Positions 48,201-57,249 of a stretch of 64,000 nucleotides of DNA are shown here, one piece after another; within the stretch, counting starts at the first letter, position 1; the number at the start of each line of letters is the position of its first letter. Under the pieces are notes generated by a model that saw only the letters and a list, made by a program, of their open reading frames with translations, ran no database searches and had not been told where the DNA came from. Origin of the DNA: Longimicrobiales bacterium. Lineage in GTDB: Bacteria > Gemmatimonadota > Gemmatimonadetes > Longimicrobiales > Gaopeijiaceae. The stretch is taken from positions 96,001 to 160,000 of the forward strand of contig CBDBCF010000001.1 in assembly GCA_965202985.1 (NCBI GenBank). The letters run 5' to 3'. Made by a program: the position numbers and the translations under genes.

Positions 48201-48622
48201 TGCCGGAGCAGATCGCCCTTCATTTCCGCGACCTGCTCCGCCTGGGGCGCCGAGACCGCAGCCAGCAGGCGCTCGACCGAATCGATCACGCGGTAGGCGT
48301 CGTCGCTGGAGAACCGCTCCTGGTGCGCCCACTTGTTGCGCCAGTCCCGAAGCTCCTGGACCAGCGAGCGCTCGGACCTGCCCAGCGCGAAGCGGAAGAC
48401 GTCGTTCCAGAACTCCCACATCACCTTGAGCTGCGCGGCCGCGTCCCATTCCGCGACGGGCTTTTCGACGGCCTTCGGATCGCCCATGCGACGCTCTATC
48501 TCACGCATCTGCACGATGCCCTTCGCCACCCGCTCTCGAACCTCGCGCTCCACGAACGGCCCCAGCCCTTGGCGCAGAAGCTCCATCGCCTTCCCTACCC
48601 GCTCGTGATGCGTCAGTGCCAT
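45245..48622 (-). CDS. DUF499 AAA+ ATPase with N-terminal Swt1-like HEPN domain
   Basis: RNKWAH (Rx4H), EFAADL, LQTNFGGGKTH, LILIDE, IVRRRLFE, YPIHPE, FQRTRGVLR. Confidence 0.9.
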   Translation of the reverse strand: MALTHHERVGKAMELLRQGLGPFVEREVRERVAKGIVQMREIERRMGDPKAVEKPVAEWDAAAQLKVMWEFWNDVFRFALGRSERSLVQELRDWRNKWAHQERFSSDDAYRVIDSVERLLAAVSAPQAEQVAEMKGDLLRQTLDQQMRNRERRSAASPVAGASSSLTAWREVVKPHDDVSSGKYQHAEFAADLWQVHRGGGSPEYRDPESFFRRTYLTSNLRKLLVGAVQRASGKGGDPVVQLQTNFGGGKTHSMLALYHLLSGEAPRGLDEVGELLEEAGVEVPPRAKRVVLVGNRMSPGNPDTKPDGTVVRTLWGELAWQLGGRDAFEKVRLDDEKATSPGDRLRALLEEHGPVLILIDEWVAYARQLHEKSDLPGGSFETQFTFAQALTESAKVVDDCLLVVSLPASASGGTDSGGSQADDAEVGGVRGRDALDRLANVVGRVATVWQPATSEEGFEIVRRRLFEPLDGKAREARDLTARRFGAVYRRHKADFPSGCHDADYEKRIRAAYPIHPEIFDRLYTDWSSLAKFQRTRGVLRLMASVIHSLWESGDRSPLIMPSTVPVDDARVQPELTRYLADNWTPIIDADVDGRTSLPHKLDAEFSNLGKHAAARRVARTVYLGSAPLTAAANRGVDDRKVNLGCVMPGEPVSVFGDALRRLASRATYLYQDRSRYWYDTQPTVAKLAQQRATELAREPHLAGEELARRLQEEFGKAPGRSKHPRVHLLPRSAADVPDHRDARLVVLPPDRPYAKEAGNEAQAAAGALLESRGSGPRIYRNTLVFLAADRVRMQDMDEAVRDYLAWQSILEDKESLNLDPHQARQAERSLKAAADGVEARLPEVYKWLLVPEQADAASEVTWRATEMRNRDGVASRAFNRIADEDYVIPRLGATILRAHMDNVPLWRGGHVPLRQLIDDFATYVYLPRLAGPEVVAEAVAKGLGTLLWADESFAYAESWDEDARRYQGLTVSATDVTAEDRGLVVKPEAALAQLEAEKPDQPPASDGQPGTGPRPGSDGTAAPDTAADDGTQDEPSRRPQPRRFHGAVVLDPDRAGRDAGQVAEEVIAHLAGLIGSDVRVTLEIEASFAEKGPDDAGGVPDHVVRAVTENCRVLKFESHGFETE

Positions 48623-48625
48623 GAC

Positions 48626-49108
48626 CTACTTCTCCATGAGTTCGGGGCAGATGAAGTCAATGTGGACGCCGTGTCGGGCCAGCGCTTCTTGATGGTCGCG
48701 CCACCCTGTGTCGGTGGCGTTGACGATCGGAGGCGAGCCCCGGCTGGCAAGCGCGACGGCGACGAACTTGCGGTCGTCTGCGTCGAAGGTGGCCAAGTCG
48801 TCGTTCTCAGGGAACTCGACGAAGCCGCGGGCCTCGTGAGGATGGATCGCGACGAGTTCGCAAAGCGCGGGGTTGTAGCGGTTGGTCCACGCCCACTTGA
48901 CGAAGGCGTGGCCGGCTCCGAGCTGTCCGGTCGGCATCGGGTACTCCTTGAGAATGCGGTCTTGCTTGTCCAGAACCAGCTGTTCTCCCTGGATGATTCG
49001 ATCCATTCGGTCGACGCACGCCGTCACGCAACCTGGGCCGGCCTGCTGCGTCTCTCCGTTGGCGACATGCACCACGTTCGTGTCCATTACCACGGGTGGC
49101 CACCTCAT
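48626..49108 (-). CDS. PIN-domain protein
   Basis: VVMDTNVV, ILKEY, DADDRKFVAVA, NATDTGW. Confidence 0.8.
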   Translation of the reverse strand: MRWPPVVMDTNVVHVANGETQQAGPGCVTACVDRMDRIIQGEQLVLDKQDRILKEYPMPTGQLGAGHAFVKWAWTNRYNPALCELVAIHPHEARGFVEFPENDDLATFDADDRKFVAVALASRGSPPIVNATDTGWRDHQEALARHGVHIDFICPELMEK

Positions 49109-50484
49109 TGATCCTGTGCCTTTCGTCGCTCGGCCGCTCGCGTCATTGCCGCGATCTCGCCGAACTCGTCACCAAAGAAGTCCTGCGGCCAGTTCGTGAT
49201 GTTGCCGAAGACGTCCAGGTCGAGCGTCCGCAGTTCAGACCGCCTGTTTCCCAAATGGCAGAAATAAAGCCCTACATCGTCGGTCGTCACTTCCTCTTCC
49301 GCAATCCTGCGTTGAAGGCGACGAAGAAGATGTTCGCTGTGACTCTCGACGATTATCTGCACCCTTCGCCTTTTCCATGCATCAATCATGATGTCTGCGA
49401 GCCCCGATTGTACCGATGGATGCAAGTGAATCTCGGGCTGTTCGAGTAACACCGTCGATCCTTCGGGAACAAAGAGACAGAGCACGAGGACGGGCAAGAT
49501 CTGGGACACGCCGAATCCAACATCCGTCAAGAGCACCTCCGCCGACCTAGGCGTGCGCTTGACTCTCACTTCGTATAGTTGACTGCCATCTCCAACGGAT
49601 ACGACGCGAAAGTCGTGAATGAGCCGAAGTTCCTTCAACCACTTGGCGACGTACTGCTCCACGGTGAGTTTCTTCATTCTGTACCCTGGCGAGATCTTGG
49701 GATCCCTCTCTCTGGCCGCGAGAATCGCATCGACCACCGCCTCCCCCGCTCGCCCCATGTCCGCCGGTTGCGCCCCCGTCCATGCGTATCGACGCTCGGG
49801 TTGGGCGCGTAGCGGACCAAGATATGCTACTCGATCCAGGCGTTTTTCAAGGGCAAGGGCCAAGTCGGCCAAGAAGCCCGCATTCTGGTAATTGGCACGA
49901 ACCACGTCTGGAAATCCATAGCATTTTTCAGGTCCCGGCAGTGTCTTCGGTCTCCCGACGCTTTTTGCAAAGACAAATTTAGGGTAATCAGGAATCATCG
50001 AACGCAGCTCGTATGCCGTCTTCTTTGATATCCTCCTGTCCATTCTGAATCGCGCTTCGCCGACTTTGTAAGTCATCTCTCGTACGAACGGACGAACTGG
50101 TCCTTTTGCTTCTGCCGCAGCCGTCGAGACCGAGAAGCCCAATGTGCTGCTACTAGCGACGATACGATCTTCGTTCTTGGTGTCCTTGATCACCATGGGG
50201 TCATCGCCTTTCCAGTCCAGCGATATCTCGAGCTCGTCTTCTGAATTGGGCCCATGCAATATGCTTGTGAAGTCTCCGAGATCGATCGGGGTCGACTTGT
50301 CGCCAAAGTGAAACACTAGCCCCCGATCCTGCGAATCCGACGTCTGCTTGAGCAGCAGGATCGCGTGGAGCAGGCTGCTCTTGCCCGAGCTGTTGACTCC
50401 GAAGAAGCCGGTGATGGGGCGGAGCGCCACATCGCCGGTGTCGGCCCACGACTTGAAATTCTTCAGGCGAAGCCTAGTCAGCAT
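49105..50484 (-). CDS. ABC-type ATPase with DUF3696
   Basis: GVNSSGKSS, YLGPLR, DVGFGVSQILP, LEQPEIHLHP, ESHSEH, WPQDFFGD. Confidence 0.88.
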   Translation of the reverse strand: MLTRLRLKNFKSWADTGDVALRPITGFFGVNSSGKSSLLHAILLLKQTSDSQDRGLVFHFGDKSTPIDLGDFTSILHGPNSEDELEISLDWKGDDPMVIKDTKNEDRIVASSSTLGFSVSTAAAEAKGPVRPFVREMTYKVGEARFRMDRRISKKTAYELRSMIPDYPKFVFAKSVGRPKTLPGPEKCYGFPDVVRANYQNAGFLADLALALEKRLDRVAYLGPLRAQPERRYAWTGAQPADMGRAGEAVVDAILAARERDPKISPGYRMKKLTVEQYVAKWLKELRLIHDFRVVSVGDGSQLYEVRVKRTPRSAEVLLTDVGFGVSQILPVLVLCLFVPEGSTVLLEQPEIHLHPSVQSGLADIMIDAWKRRRVQIIVESHSEHLLRRLQRRIAEEEVTTDDVGLYFCHLGNRRSELRTLDLDVFGNITNWPQDFFGDEFGEIAAMTRAAERRKAQDQ

Positions 50485-53368
50485 CGGAGTCTTCTCCCAA
50501 CTCGAGTTGCGCCGATTCCGCCAACCACGGCTTCAGTCTAGCTTGCCGCACGATCTCGGGCCAACTCTGCACTAGCGCATTGTAGCCGAATGCCACGCTA
50601 GCCCACTTCTTGCGCTCGCAGATCAGGTAGGCGCTGTACGCCAAGTCGCGCGCCGCGTCGTCGGTTGGACCGAGCCGGTCCAGCAACTTCGCCGCCCCGA
50701 TCTCGCCGGATTCCGCGTACACCTTCAGAAGATGATGCGTCTTCTCCCAAGTCGTTGGCTGGCCATTCTCGCCGGGGTCCCAGTCCTCCGACAGTTCAGA
50801 AGGCCGAAGCAGACGAACCTGCCCGCCCATCGACTCCAGGACACCGGCCTCCGCCAAGCCGTCGATGCTGATGTTCTTCGCCTTGGCCAGCACCTCGGCA
50901 ACTCCGAATTCGCCGGCCTCGAAGCCGTGGGACTCGAACCAAGCAACGGCCCAGCGCGTGTCGCCGTCGAAATCGCCTTCGAGGGCCTCGTCCAGGGCTT
51001 GGTTGATCAGCCGGAGCGCTTCGCGAACCTTGACCGGCTTGCCGTCGGGATAGACGACGGCCGCGTGGCGCGTAAAGATGGCCATTCCGGGGCCGATAGC
51101 CGCCTGGGCCAAGTCGACCGGGGCGATGTTTCCTGTCCGTAGTTTTCGCAGAGCATCGGCCAATTCTTCCGCGAGAGCCTCTCTAAACTGGCGGCGAGTG
51201 ATAGTTCCGGCCATCGGGGAGCGCTTCCGGCAAACCAGAACGATAGAGGAGGCGAGGGCACTCGTACCCTGGCCGACTTGGCGACTTTTCATTTCCGTTC
51301 GAATGGGCCACGTGCCTGTGATCACAAAGCCAACATCAATCACCGCCTGTAGAAATGTTTCCCACCCCGTGCTTACAACACTTCCCTTTCTCTTCCTAGC
51401 AGATTGCTTGAAGGCGTAGTACACCGTAACTGGGAACGCCGGATGAGGTCGCTCCGCCAACTGCTTTAGAGCTAGAATCATTCCTCTCATGAAGAATTTC
51501 TCAGCTCTACGCCTACCACCATGGCGCCATGGCACCGCCACCAGTTCTCCAGCTTTGGGAACGGCGATTGACAGGAATAGATCAGGAAAGCAGTCTTTCA
51601 GTACGCGGCGAAGCCACACGTAGAAAAAGTCGGACAGGTCTGCATAGCCCACATTGTCGTAGTATGGCGGATCAGTGGAGACTAATCTATATGTAGACCT
51701 GGTTTCGGTAGTGGCATCACCCCGGAAGGCTGTTCCCATAGCACACTGGCCTATTCGGCTTAGTGGATCACTGGAGTAGAATACCGCCGAGCTGACACTT
51801 CCCGTGGCATGTCCAAAGAAATTACTTTCTCCGAAATCGTATATCATGGGTAGTGCCTGTCGGCCAAAGCAGTGCTGTACCTTTTGGCCAACCGGATTCC
51901 ATCGGGCCAGTTTGTTTCCCGACATTGCAAGGCGGTCGATCGCAAACGCCAAGTACACAGCCACCGCCTCGGAATAGGCCAATCCCCCCCTTCCCCCTTC
52001 GCGCAACGGCCCTCCGTCCCGGTGCATTCCAGCTGCTACCGCATCGTGCCTCACCCCAGTCCGCGCCTCCGCCACCAAGTCCGAGAACGTCGTCAGAGCC
52101 ACCAACTGGCGAGGTGTGAAAAGGTCGCCGAACCTTGCCATACCATAGATCGGCGGGGAAAACCAGCGTCTGTCATCCGGCATTTCTTGGTCGGGCATCC
52201 ACTCCGGGGTCGCCGTCGCGGTCGTTTCATGCTTCAACGTCGGGTTCAGGTACACCCTCTCCCGGTCTCCATCGGCAACTACTGCCATCAGTTTCGCGCC
52301 CATCCGCCCCGCCATGCCTTCGGCCTTGATCCAATCCGGCCCGATCGGCGTGCCCGACACCAAGCACCGGAAGTTGGATCCTCTCGACAGCTTCGTTCCT
52401 TCCCCCACCGCTCCGGGATCGTTGGGCGCGCCCCCCGCCCGAACCTCGAACCGCCACTCCCGACCCTTCACTACTGGCCGTACCCACGCCTCTTTCCCCT
52501 TCTTCCGCGACAGCCAGAACGACGAAACCAGCGGTACCTCCACATCCGCGAAGGCTGGGTTCGGGCTTCGCACTGTCCGCGCCCACAGCCACGCGATTAC
52601 CGTCAGTTCCCGACCCTCGTATTTCTTCAGGTCCCGGCGCCCGCGGCACGTCTTCGTGGAAATGAACGCCTTCGGATACAGGTGGCCGATCCGCTTCTGA
52701 GCCTCGTCCCGCATCCATTTGCCGTAGTAGCGCACGTCCTCTGCCAAGCCCTGCGCACCGCTCCACATCGAGAGTGCCTTCTCCTCGTCCGGCTTGCTAC
52801 GCCATTCCGGGTTCACGGGCGGACGACCCGCGAACTTCGGCGGAATCTCGATCATCGCCTTGTTGATCAGGACGGCGACCGGATTCAGATCGCTCGCGTG
52901 GGCCTCCAAACCGAGCCGTTGCGCCTCCAACGGCAACGCTCCGCCGCCGGCAAACGGATCATGGAACGCAGGCAAGTGGGCCGGATCGAACAGTTCCGTC
53001 GCGGACGGGTCATCCGCATGGGTCTCGCAGGTTCGCCGCCAGCTGTCCCGGATCTTGCGACGTGCCGCCCCCAGCACTTCGTCGTTCGTGGTGTTCTCCC
53101 ACTTGACCAGCTCTTCGATCAGCCTGAACAGCCGTTCACGTTCCGCATCCTGTTCAGCCTCCGTCGGAAACAGCTCGGGCCACTCCGACGGATCGTCCAC
53201 CATCTGGGCGAAGATGACGGCCCGGGCAGCCGCCAGCGGCCGTCTGGCCCACCAGAGGTGCAACGTGCTCGGATGCCCATGGCGGATCGACTTCTCGCGC
53301 GCCGACGCTGCGTTGATCGCGTCCAGCGGAAGCGCTACCTCGATCAGCTTCTTGCGAACCTTGGCCAC
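50474..53368 (-). CDS. DUF1156 amino-(adenine) DNA methyltransferase
   Basis: [26 protein letters not shown] (motif I), TDPPYYDN (motif IV). Confidence 0.9.
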   Translation of the reverse strand: MAKVRKKLIEVALPLDAINAASAREKSIRHGHPSTLHLWWARRPLAAARAVIFAQMVDDPSEWPELFPTEAEQDAERERLFRLIEELVKWENTTNDEVLGAARRKIRDSWRRTCETHADDPSATELFDPAHLPAFHDPFAGGGALPLEAQRLGLEAHASDLNPVAVLINKAMIEIPPKFAGRPPVNPEWRSKPDEEKALSMWSGAQGLAEDVRYYGKWMRDEAQKRIGHLYPKAFISTKTCRGRRDLKKYEGRELTVIAWLWARTVRSPNPAFADVEVPLVSSFWLSRKKGKEAWVRPVVKGREWRFEVRAGGAPNDPGAVGEGTKLSRGSNFRCLVSGTPIGPDWIKAEGMAGRMGAKLMAVVADGDRERVYLNPTLKHETTATATPEWMPDQEMPDDRRWFSPPIYGMARFGDLFTPRQLVALTTFSDLVAEARTGVRHDAVAAGMHRDGGPLREGGRGGLAYSEAVAVYLAFAIDRLAMSGNKLARWNPVGQKVQHCFGRQALPMIYDFGESNFFGHATGSVSSAVFYSSDPLSRIGQCAMGTAFRGDATTETRSTYRLVSTDPPYYDNVGYADLSDFFYVWLRRVLKDCFPDLFLSIAVPKAGELVAVPWRHGGRRRAEKFFMRGMILALKQLAERPHPAFPVTVYYAFKQSARKRKGSVVSTGWETFLQAVIDVGFVITGTWPIRTEMKSRQVGQGTSALASSIVLVCRKRSPMAGTITRRQFREALAEELADALRKLRTGNIAPVDLAQAAIGPGMAIFTRHAAVVYPDGKPVKVREALRLINQALDEALEGDFDGDTRWAVAWFESHGFEAGEFGVAEVLAKAKNISIDGLAEAGVLESMGGQVRLLRPSELSEDWDPGENGQPTTWEKTHHLLKVYAESGEIGAAKLLDRLGPTDDAARDLAYSAYLICERKKWASVAFGYNALVQSWPEIVRQARLKPWLAESAQLELGEDSDAD

Positions 53369-53369
53369 G

Positions 53370-55070
53370 TTACATGTCCACTCGCCACAAGTCGATTGCC
53401 CGCTCCGCCATGAGCGCCTGGCGTTTTTCCAGCAATGCCCAGCTCCACTCCTCGGGTGCGAGTTCCGAAACCTTCCGAGTCAAGGCGTACGCGCTCTTGC
53501 CGTACTCCACAACCTTCTCCCGATAGGCCGCGTTTCCATTCCGTGCGTTGACGCCGTGCTCGATCAGGGTCAAGTTGCCCAGGCGACTCACGGCCGAAAG
53601 TCGCTGGCGTTCTGGAAAGGCGTCGCTCCAGTCGTCGGTCGGGTTTCTCGGCAGAATATGCTCAATCGTCCCTGGATCGGTGTCGTGATCACACTCTCGT
53701 CCCGAAGCGTCGCCTTCGAGGCGGGCGAGCACGTACTTGATCAGCCTCCTTCGGCTACGAGCGATTGCCAGTTCCGCGAAGCTTTGCTGGAATGGTGCAT
53801 CCTCAACGTAGACTGATCCCAGTTCCTCGAATAGCCCCCGGGCGTTTCGGACGTCACCTGCCGCCACGGCCTTCGCCGTCTGATGGCAGGCCGATTCAAG
53901 CCGCACCCCGCAGAGCCGCCCAACTACGGAGTATCGAAAGACGATCGTGCTCACCAACTTCAAGGATTTGGCAAACTCCCGGAGAGACAGATGGTCCCAT
54001 GCCGCGAACAACAAGGGCGTCACCTGCCGTGCTTCGAAGAGGATCAGTTCCGAAACGCTGCGTTTGGCACCCGGAAGGTCGGTCCAGTACTCGTGCGCGG
54101 GCTGGCGAAGTGCGGCGAAGAGTTCTCCGCGCGGCTCTATGGCCTTGAATAAGCTAAAAACGTCGTGAGCACTTCTAATCTCGCTTCGCACGAGCTTGAA
54201 CAAGCGGTGGCCACGAGCCTCGGGATGCGTGCACCGCAGGTGATACCGAAGGAAATCGGGAAAGCAAGACGGTTCCACGGCCGTGATCAAAGACTGCCAG
54301 CGTCGATCAAGGATGCGCAGGTCGCTCTTGACCCGCATCATCGAAAAGAGGAAGTTCTTGAGCAAGTCCGTGGTGGTACGCTTAAGCCCTCGGGCGTTCA
54401 ACGTCTCGACCACGGTGTACGCGCTCAGCTCGTCGTCTACGGTGATGACGATGAACAACAGGCCACGGCCTACGGTCTCCGACAGAATGCCGGCGAGGGC
54501 TTCGCCGTCGTTCCTCACGTCGGGCATCTCGTCCAAGTGCGCCCGAAAGTACCCAAACGCCTTCCACAGCTGTCGATTCGACGCCGCCAAGCCACGGAGA
54601 TTGTCAGGCTCCCGAAGCTGTACCAGGATGTCCTGATAGAAGTCGTCGTCAGTGTGGTTCAGCGTCAACCGGCTGTGCTCCAGAAGCGACGCAGGATCCT
54701 TCTCCCCCACAAAGCGGTTGCGAAGCGCCTTGCTCCTTGCCCGATTCGCTTCGGAGTCGACCCCGTCTCTCGCCAAGTCCTCCAGCTTGGCGATCACGGC
54801 CAGTGCAAGCACGCTAAGGGTCGCCAGCCGCTGCTGACCGTCGATCACCGCGAACTCGCGATCGTTCGTGGACTCGACAACCAATATGCCCAGGTAGTGC
54901 CTGCCCTCTCTTCCTGCCCGCACTTCCAGGATGTCCATCCAGAGGTCGTCCCACTGCTCCCGCGTCCACGAGTAGTCGCGCTGATAGAGCGGGACCCGAT
55001 ACACCCTTCCGTTCCCGAGCAGCTCGCGGTAGTCGGTGGTTCGGGGGTGCAACTGGCTGGCTAGGTTCAT
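53370..55070 (-). CDS. GmrSD-like DUF262 + DUF1524 (HNH) protein, type IV restriction-like
   Basis: VPLYQRDYSW, IDGQQRLAT, ETLNARG, IEHILP...LGNLTL...N. Confidence 0.88.
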   Translation of the reverse strand: MNLASQLHPRTTDYRELLGNGRVYRVPLYQRDYSWTREQWDDLWMDILEVRAGREGRHYLGILVVESTNDREFAVIDGQQRLATLSVLALAVIAKLEDLARDGVDSEANRARSKALRNRFVGEKDPASLLEHSRLTLNHTDDDFYQDILVQLREPDNLRGLAASNRQLWKAFGYFRAHLDEMPDVRNDGEALAGILSETVGRGLLFIVITVDDELSAYTVVETLNARGLKRTTTDLLKNFLFSMMRVKSDLRILDRRWQSLITAVEPSCFPDFLRYHLRCTHPEARGHRLFKLVRSEIRSAHDVFSLFKAIEPRGELFAALRQPAHEYWTDLPGAKRSVSELILFEARQVTPLLFAAWDHLSLREFAKSLKLVSTIVFRYSVVGRLCGVRLESACHQTAKAVAAGDVRNARGLFEELGSVYVEDAPFQQSFAELAIARSRRRLIKYVLARLEGDASGRECDHDTDPGTIEHILPRNPTDDWSDAFPERQRLSAVSRLGNLTLIEHGVNARNGNAAYREKVVEYGKSAYALTRKVSELAPEEWSWALLEKRQALMAERAIDLWRVDM

Positions 55071-55318
55071 CTGTGTGGCGGAACAGGCGGTGGTCCAACT
55101 GGGAAACGGCGGACACGATACGGTAACTCACCCGAGTTCCAAAGACAAGTCCCGCACGGTCTCACAGCCCGAAACCGGAAGAATCAACGGTCCGAGGGAC
55201 ATTGGCCTTCGGTCAGGCTGTCGAGCTGCTCTCTTCGATGCCCAGCGCTTCACGTCTCTGATTCGCTGTCTGTCTGCCGCGTCCATGCTGTTCTCCTGCT
55301 GGTGGTTGGTGGGAACTT

Positions 55319-55661
55319 CATCCTAACACATTCGTTGTCGCGTCAAGTGGCGGGTCGAAGGCGGAGGCGTTGGGCGGATTCGGCGCCTGCGCGACGTCGT
55401 TTGCGACGGCGGAGACTTTGGATGCCGCTTCCTTCGTCTTGCGGGCTCCCGTCTTGGCGGCGTCGGCGGTCAGTTCGGCTCCCGAGCGGCGGCCGCGGAG
55501 GTCTTCGCGGCCGCCTGCTTCGTCTTGTCGGAACCTGTTCTGCTGGCGTCGGCAGCCTTGGCGGAAGTTCTTTCGGCCGCACGGCTTGCGCAGCTGCGGC
55601 GGACCTCTTGGCGGACCTTCCGACAGTTCTTGGTGGTCGTCTTCGTCGTTTGGCGCGTCAT
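55319..55661 (-). pseudogene. Frameshifted Ala/Lys/Thr-rich repeat protein (LEA-like)
   Basis: AADASRTGSDKTKQAAAKTSAAA stops at 55470, but the similar unit TADAAKTGARKTKEAASKVSAVA continues in a shifted frame. Confidence 0.4.
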
Positions 55662-56053
55662 TCGTCGTCCTGCTTCATGCAGAGGTGGAGGAGTCTTTCG
55701 AAGATGTTGAGCTTCATGTACTTCTCGAGCTGGTCTTTTCGCACTTTGCCCTTGTAGGTGAGGCTCGCCCACATTCTGTTGGTAGTGTCGTAGTGGCTGA
55801 GATCTGGAGGATTGGCCGCATTGATGTCATCATAAGTAATTCTCACCAGTCCCTGATCTGCGGCGATTGCGGATGCGGGGTTCTCGGGAGGCCGTTGATA
55901 ATCTTTTGCTTCTCGTTTGTGGTTGGCGTCGGCAATTCGCAGGACCTCGAGAAGTGCGACGTTCGTTTTGTATCGGCGATACGACTTCCACGAGGCGAAT
56001 CCAATCACGCCCAGCGTGGTCAGCGTAGTCATCAGGTCGGCCACCAGGTTCAC
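55658..56053 (-). CDS. Hypothetical protein with N-terminal TM helix
   Basis: AAGGA upstream; ATGA overlap with the next ORF; lower GC. Confidence 0.5.
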   Translation of the reverse strand: MNLVADLMTTLTTLGVIGFASWKSYRRYKTNVALLEVLRIADANHKREAKDYQRPPENPASAIAADQGLVRITYDDINAANPPDLSHYDTTNRMWASLTYKGKVRKDQLEKYMKLNIFERLLHLCMKQDDE

Positions 56054-56104
56054 TTGTCCATCCTTTCTGCGTCTCGGTTCGGGCGACGTTGATGTACTGC
56101 TTGT

Positions 56105-56650
56105 TCAACAAGATCCTTCGGATACGTACACTCTTCTGCCTTGGGTGCGAACTCGAACCCATCCTCTCCATGCCGTATTGGTAATAAGCCATGGACCGTT
56201 TGCCATCGTCGATATGGCAACGTGTGGAAGATGTTTTATCCACTGTCGCCTTCGATCTGCGGAAACGACAATCCCACCAGCAATGGAAACGTCAGGTTCT
56301 ATTGGAGGTTGGCCGATCGAAATCGTTTCGCATTCTCTCAACCTTCTATCGAACTCGATGGATATTGGATCGAAATGAAGATGCAGAGTAAGCTTGCGGA
56401 ACCTGTCTTGCAGGTTGCGAAGTCGTTCGAATCCCCCCGGATGCGCTAGGCGGAAGCTTTCGCCATGTCCATAGTCGGGCCTCGCTCGTTCGTGATAGAC
56501 CAGTCCTTCTTTGACAAGCATGGTCAACACCTGTCGACGCAACTCAGATGTGCTTTTGTTAGCGTCGATATCCTGAAGGGATTCCAAGACCTGAAGCTCG
56601 GCGATTGTGGCAGGGCGAATATCTTCGCCCTCGTATACAAACCGCGTCAT
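56105..56650 (-). CDS. Hypothetical protein
   Basis: AAGGA upstream of ATG; globular-looking composition; no family recognised. Confidence 0.5.
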   Translation of the reverse strand: MTRFVYEGEDIRPATIAELQVLESLQDIDANKSTSELRRQVLTMLVKEGLVYHERARPDYGHGESFRLAHPGGFERLRNLQDRFRKLTLHLHFDPISIEFDRRLRECETISIGQPPIEPDVSIAGGIVVSADRRRQWIKHLPHVAISTMANGPWLITNTAWRGWVRVRTQGRRVYVSEGSC

Positions 56651-56767
56651 GTGTTATTCCTTGTTGTGAATTGGCATTCGTTCCTCGGGCGTTTTCTCGC
56701 GATGATAACCCGAGATCACGTTACACACGAGACATGAACGACCGCCAACGATTGGTTTTTGGTTGCT

Positions 56768-57118
56768 CTACTCGATGTTTTCCTGCGCTTGCTGTCGGCG
56801 CTCGTAGAAGTCGTCTCGCTTCTTCCGAGCGTTTTCGAGCAACCCCTTATCCTCGACGAGGCGCTGGAGCCATTCCTTGTCGATCACGGACACGATGCCA
56901 ACGGTGATGCTTGTATCCTCCCTGTCGAGAGGAATTGGCGTTACTCGCATCCCACCGAGCTTCACGCTGAGCTCGGGCCACGCGGCAACACCGTACAGCG
57001 CCAGGCTGTCGATGAGGAACTGAGCTTCGACGGGGTGGAACCGTTGTGTGAACCGCTCGGATTGGAACATATTGTTCTCCTTGAGCTTTGAGTGTGGACC
57101 GCGGTGCGGTCTCGACAC
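56768..57118 (-). CDS. Hypothetical protein (start perhaps about 57071)
   Basis: AAGGAG before the internal ATG (MFQSERF); no family recognised. Confidence 0.4.
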   Translation of the reverse strand: MSRPHRGPHSKLKENNMFQSERFTQRFHPVEAQFLIDSLALYGVAAWPELSVKLGGMRVTPIPLDREDTSITVGIVSVIDKEWLQRLVEDKGLLENARKKRDDFYERRQQAQENIE

Positions 57119-57249
57119 TTGATCCTACTACAATCGCATACGGAAGTCAAGTGGGCAGTTCGTACAGTAATCGTTCGAAACTTGTCGGGAAGGGTAGTTG
57201 GGTAGGGCTGGACCGAGATCATCGAAGAGACGCGCATTACGGAGCTCGC

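Noticed and set aside
55470..55472. TGA in the Ala/Lys-rich ORF as a second Sec codon
   Set aside because: The repeat pattern continues in a different frame and there is no redox motif; a frameshift explains it better.
56508..56540. TCTTTGACAA as a third copy of the 41-bp element
   Set aside because: Only about 10 bp match; the palindromic arm and third repeat are missing.
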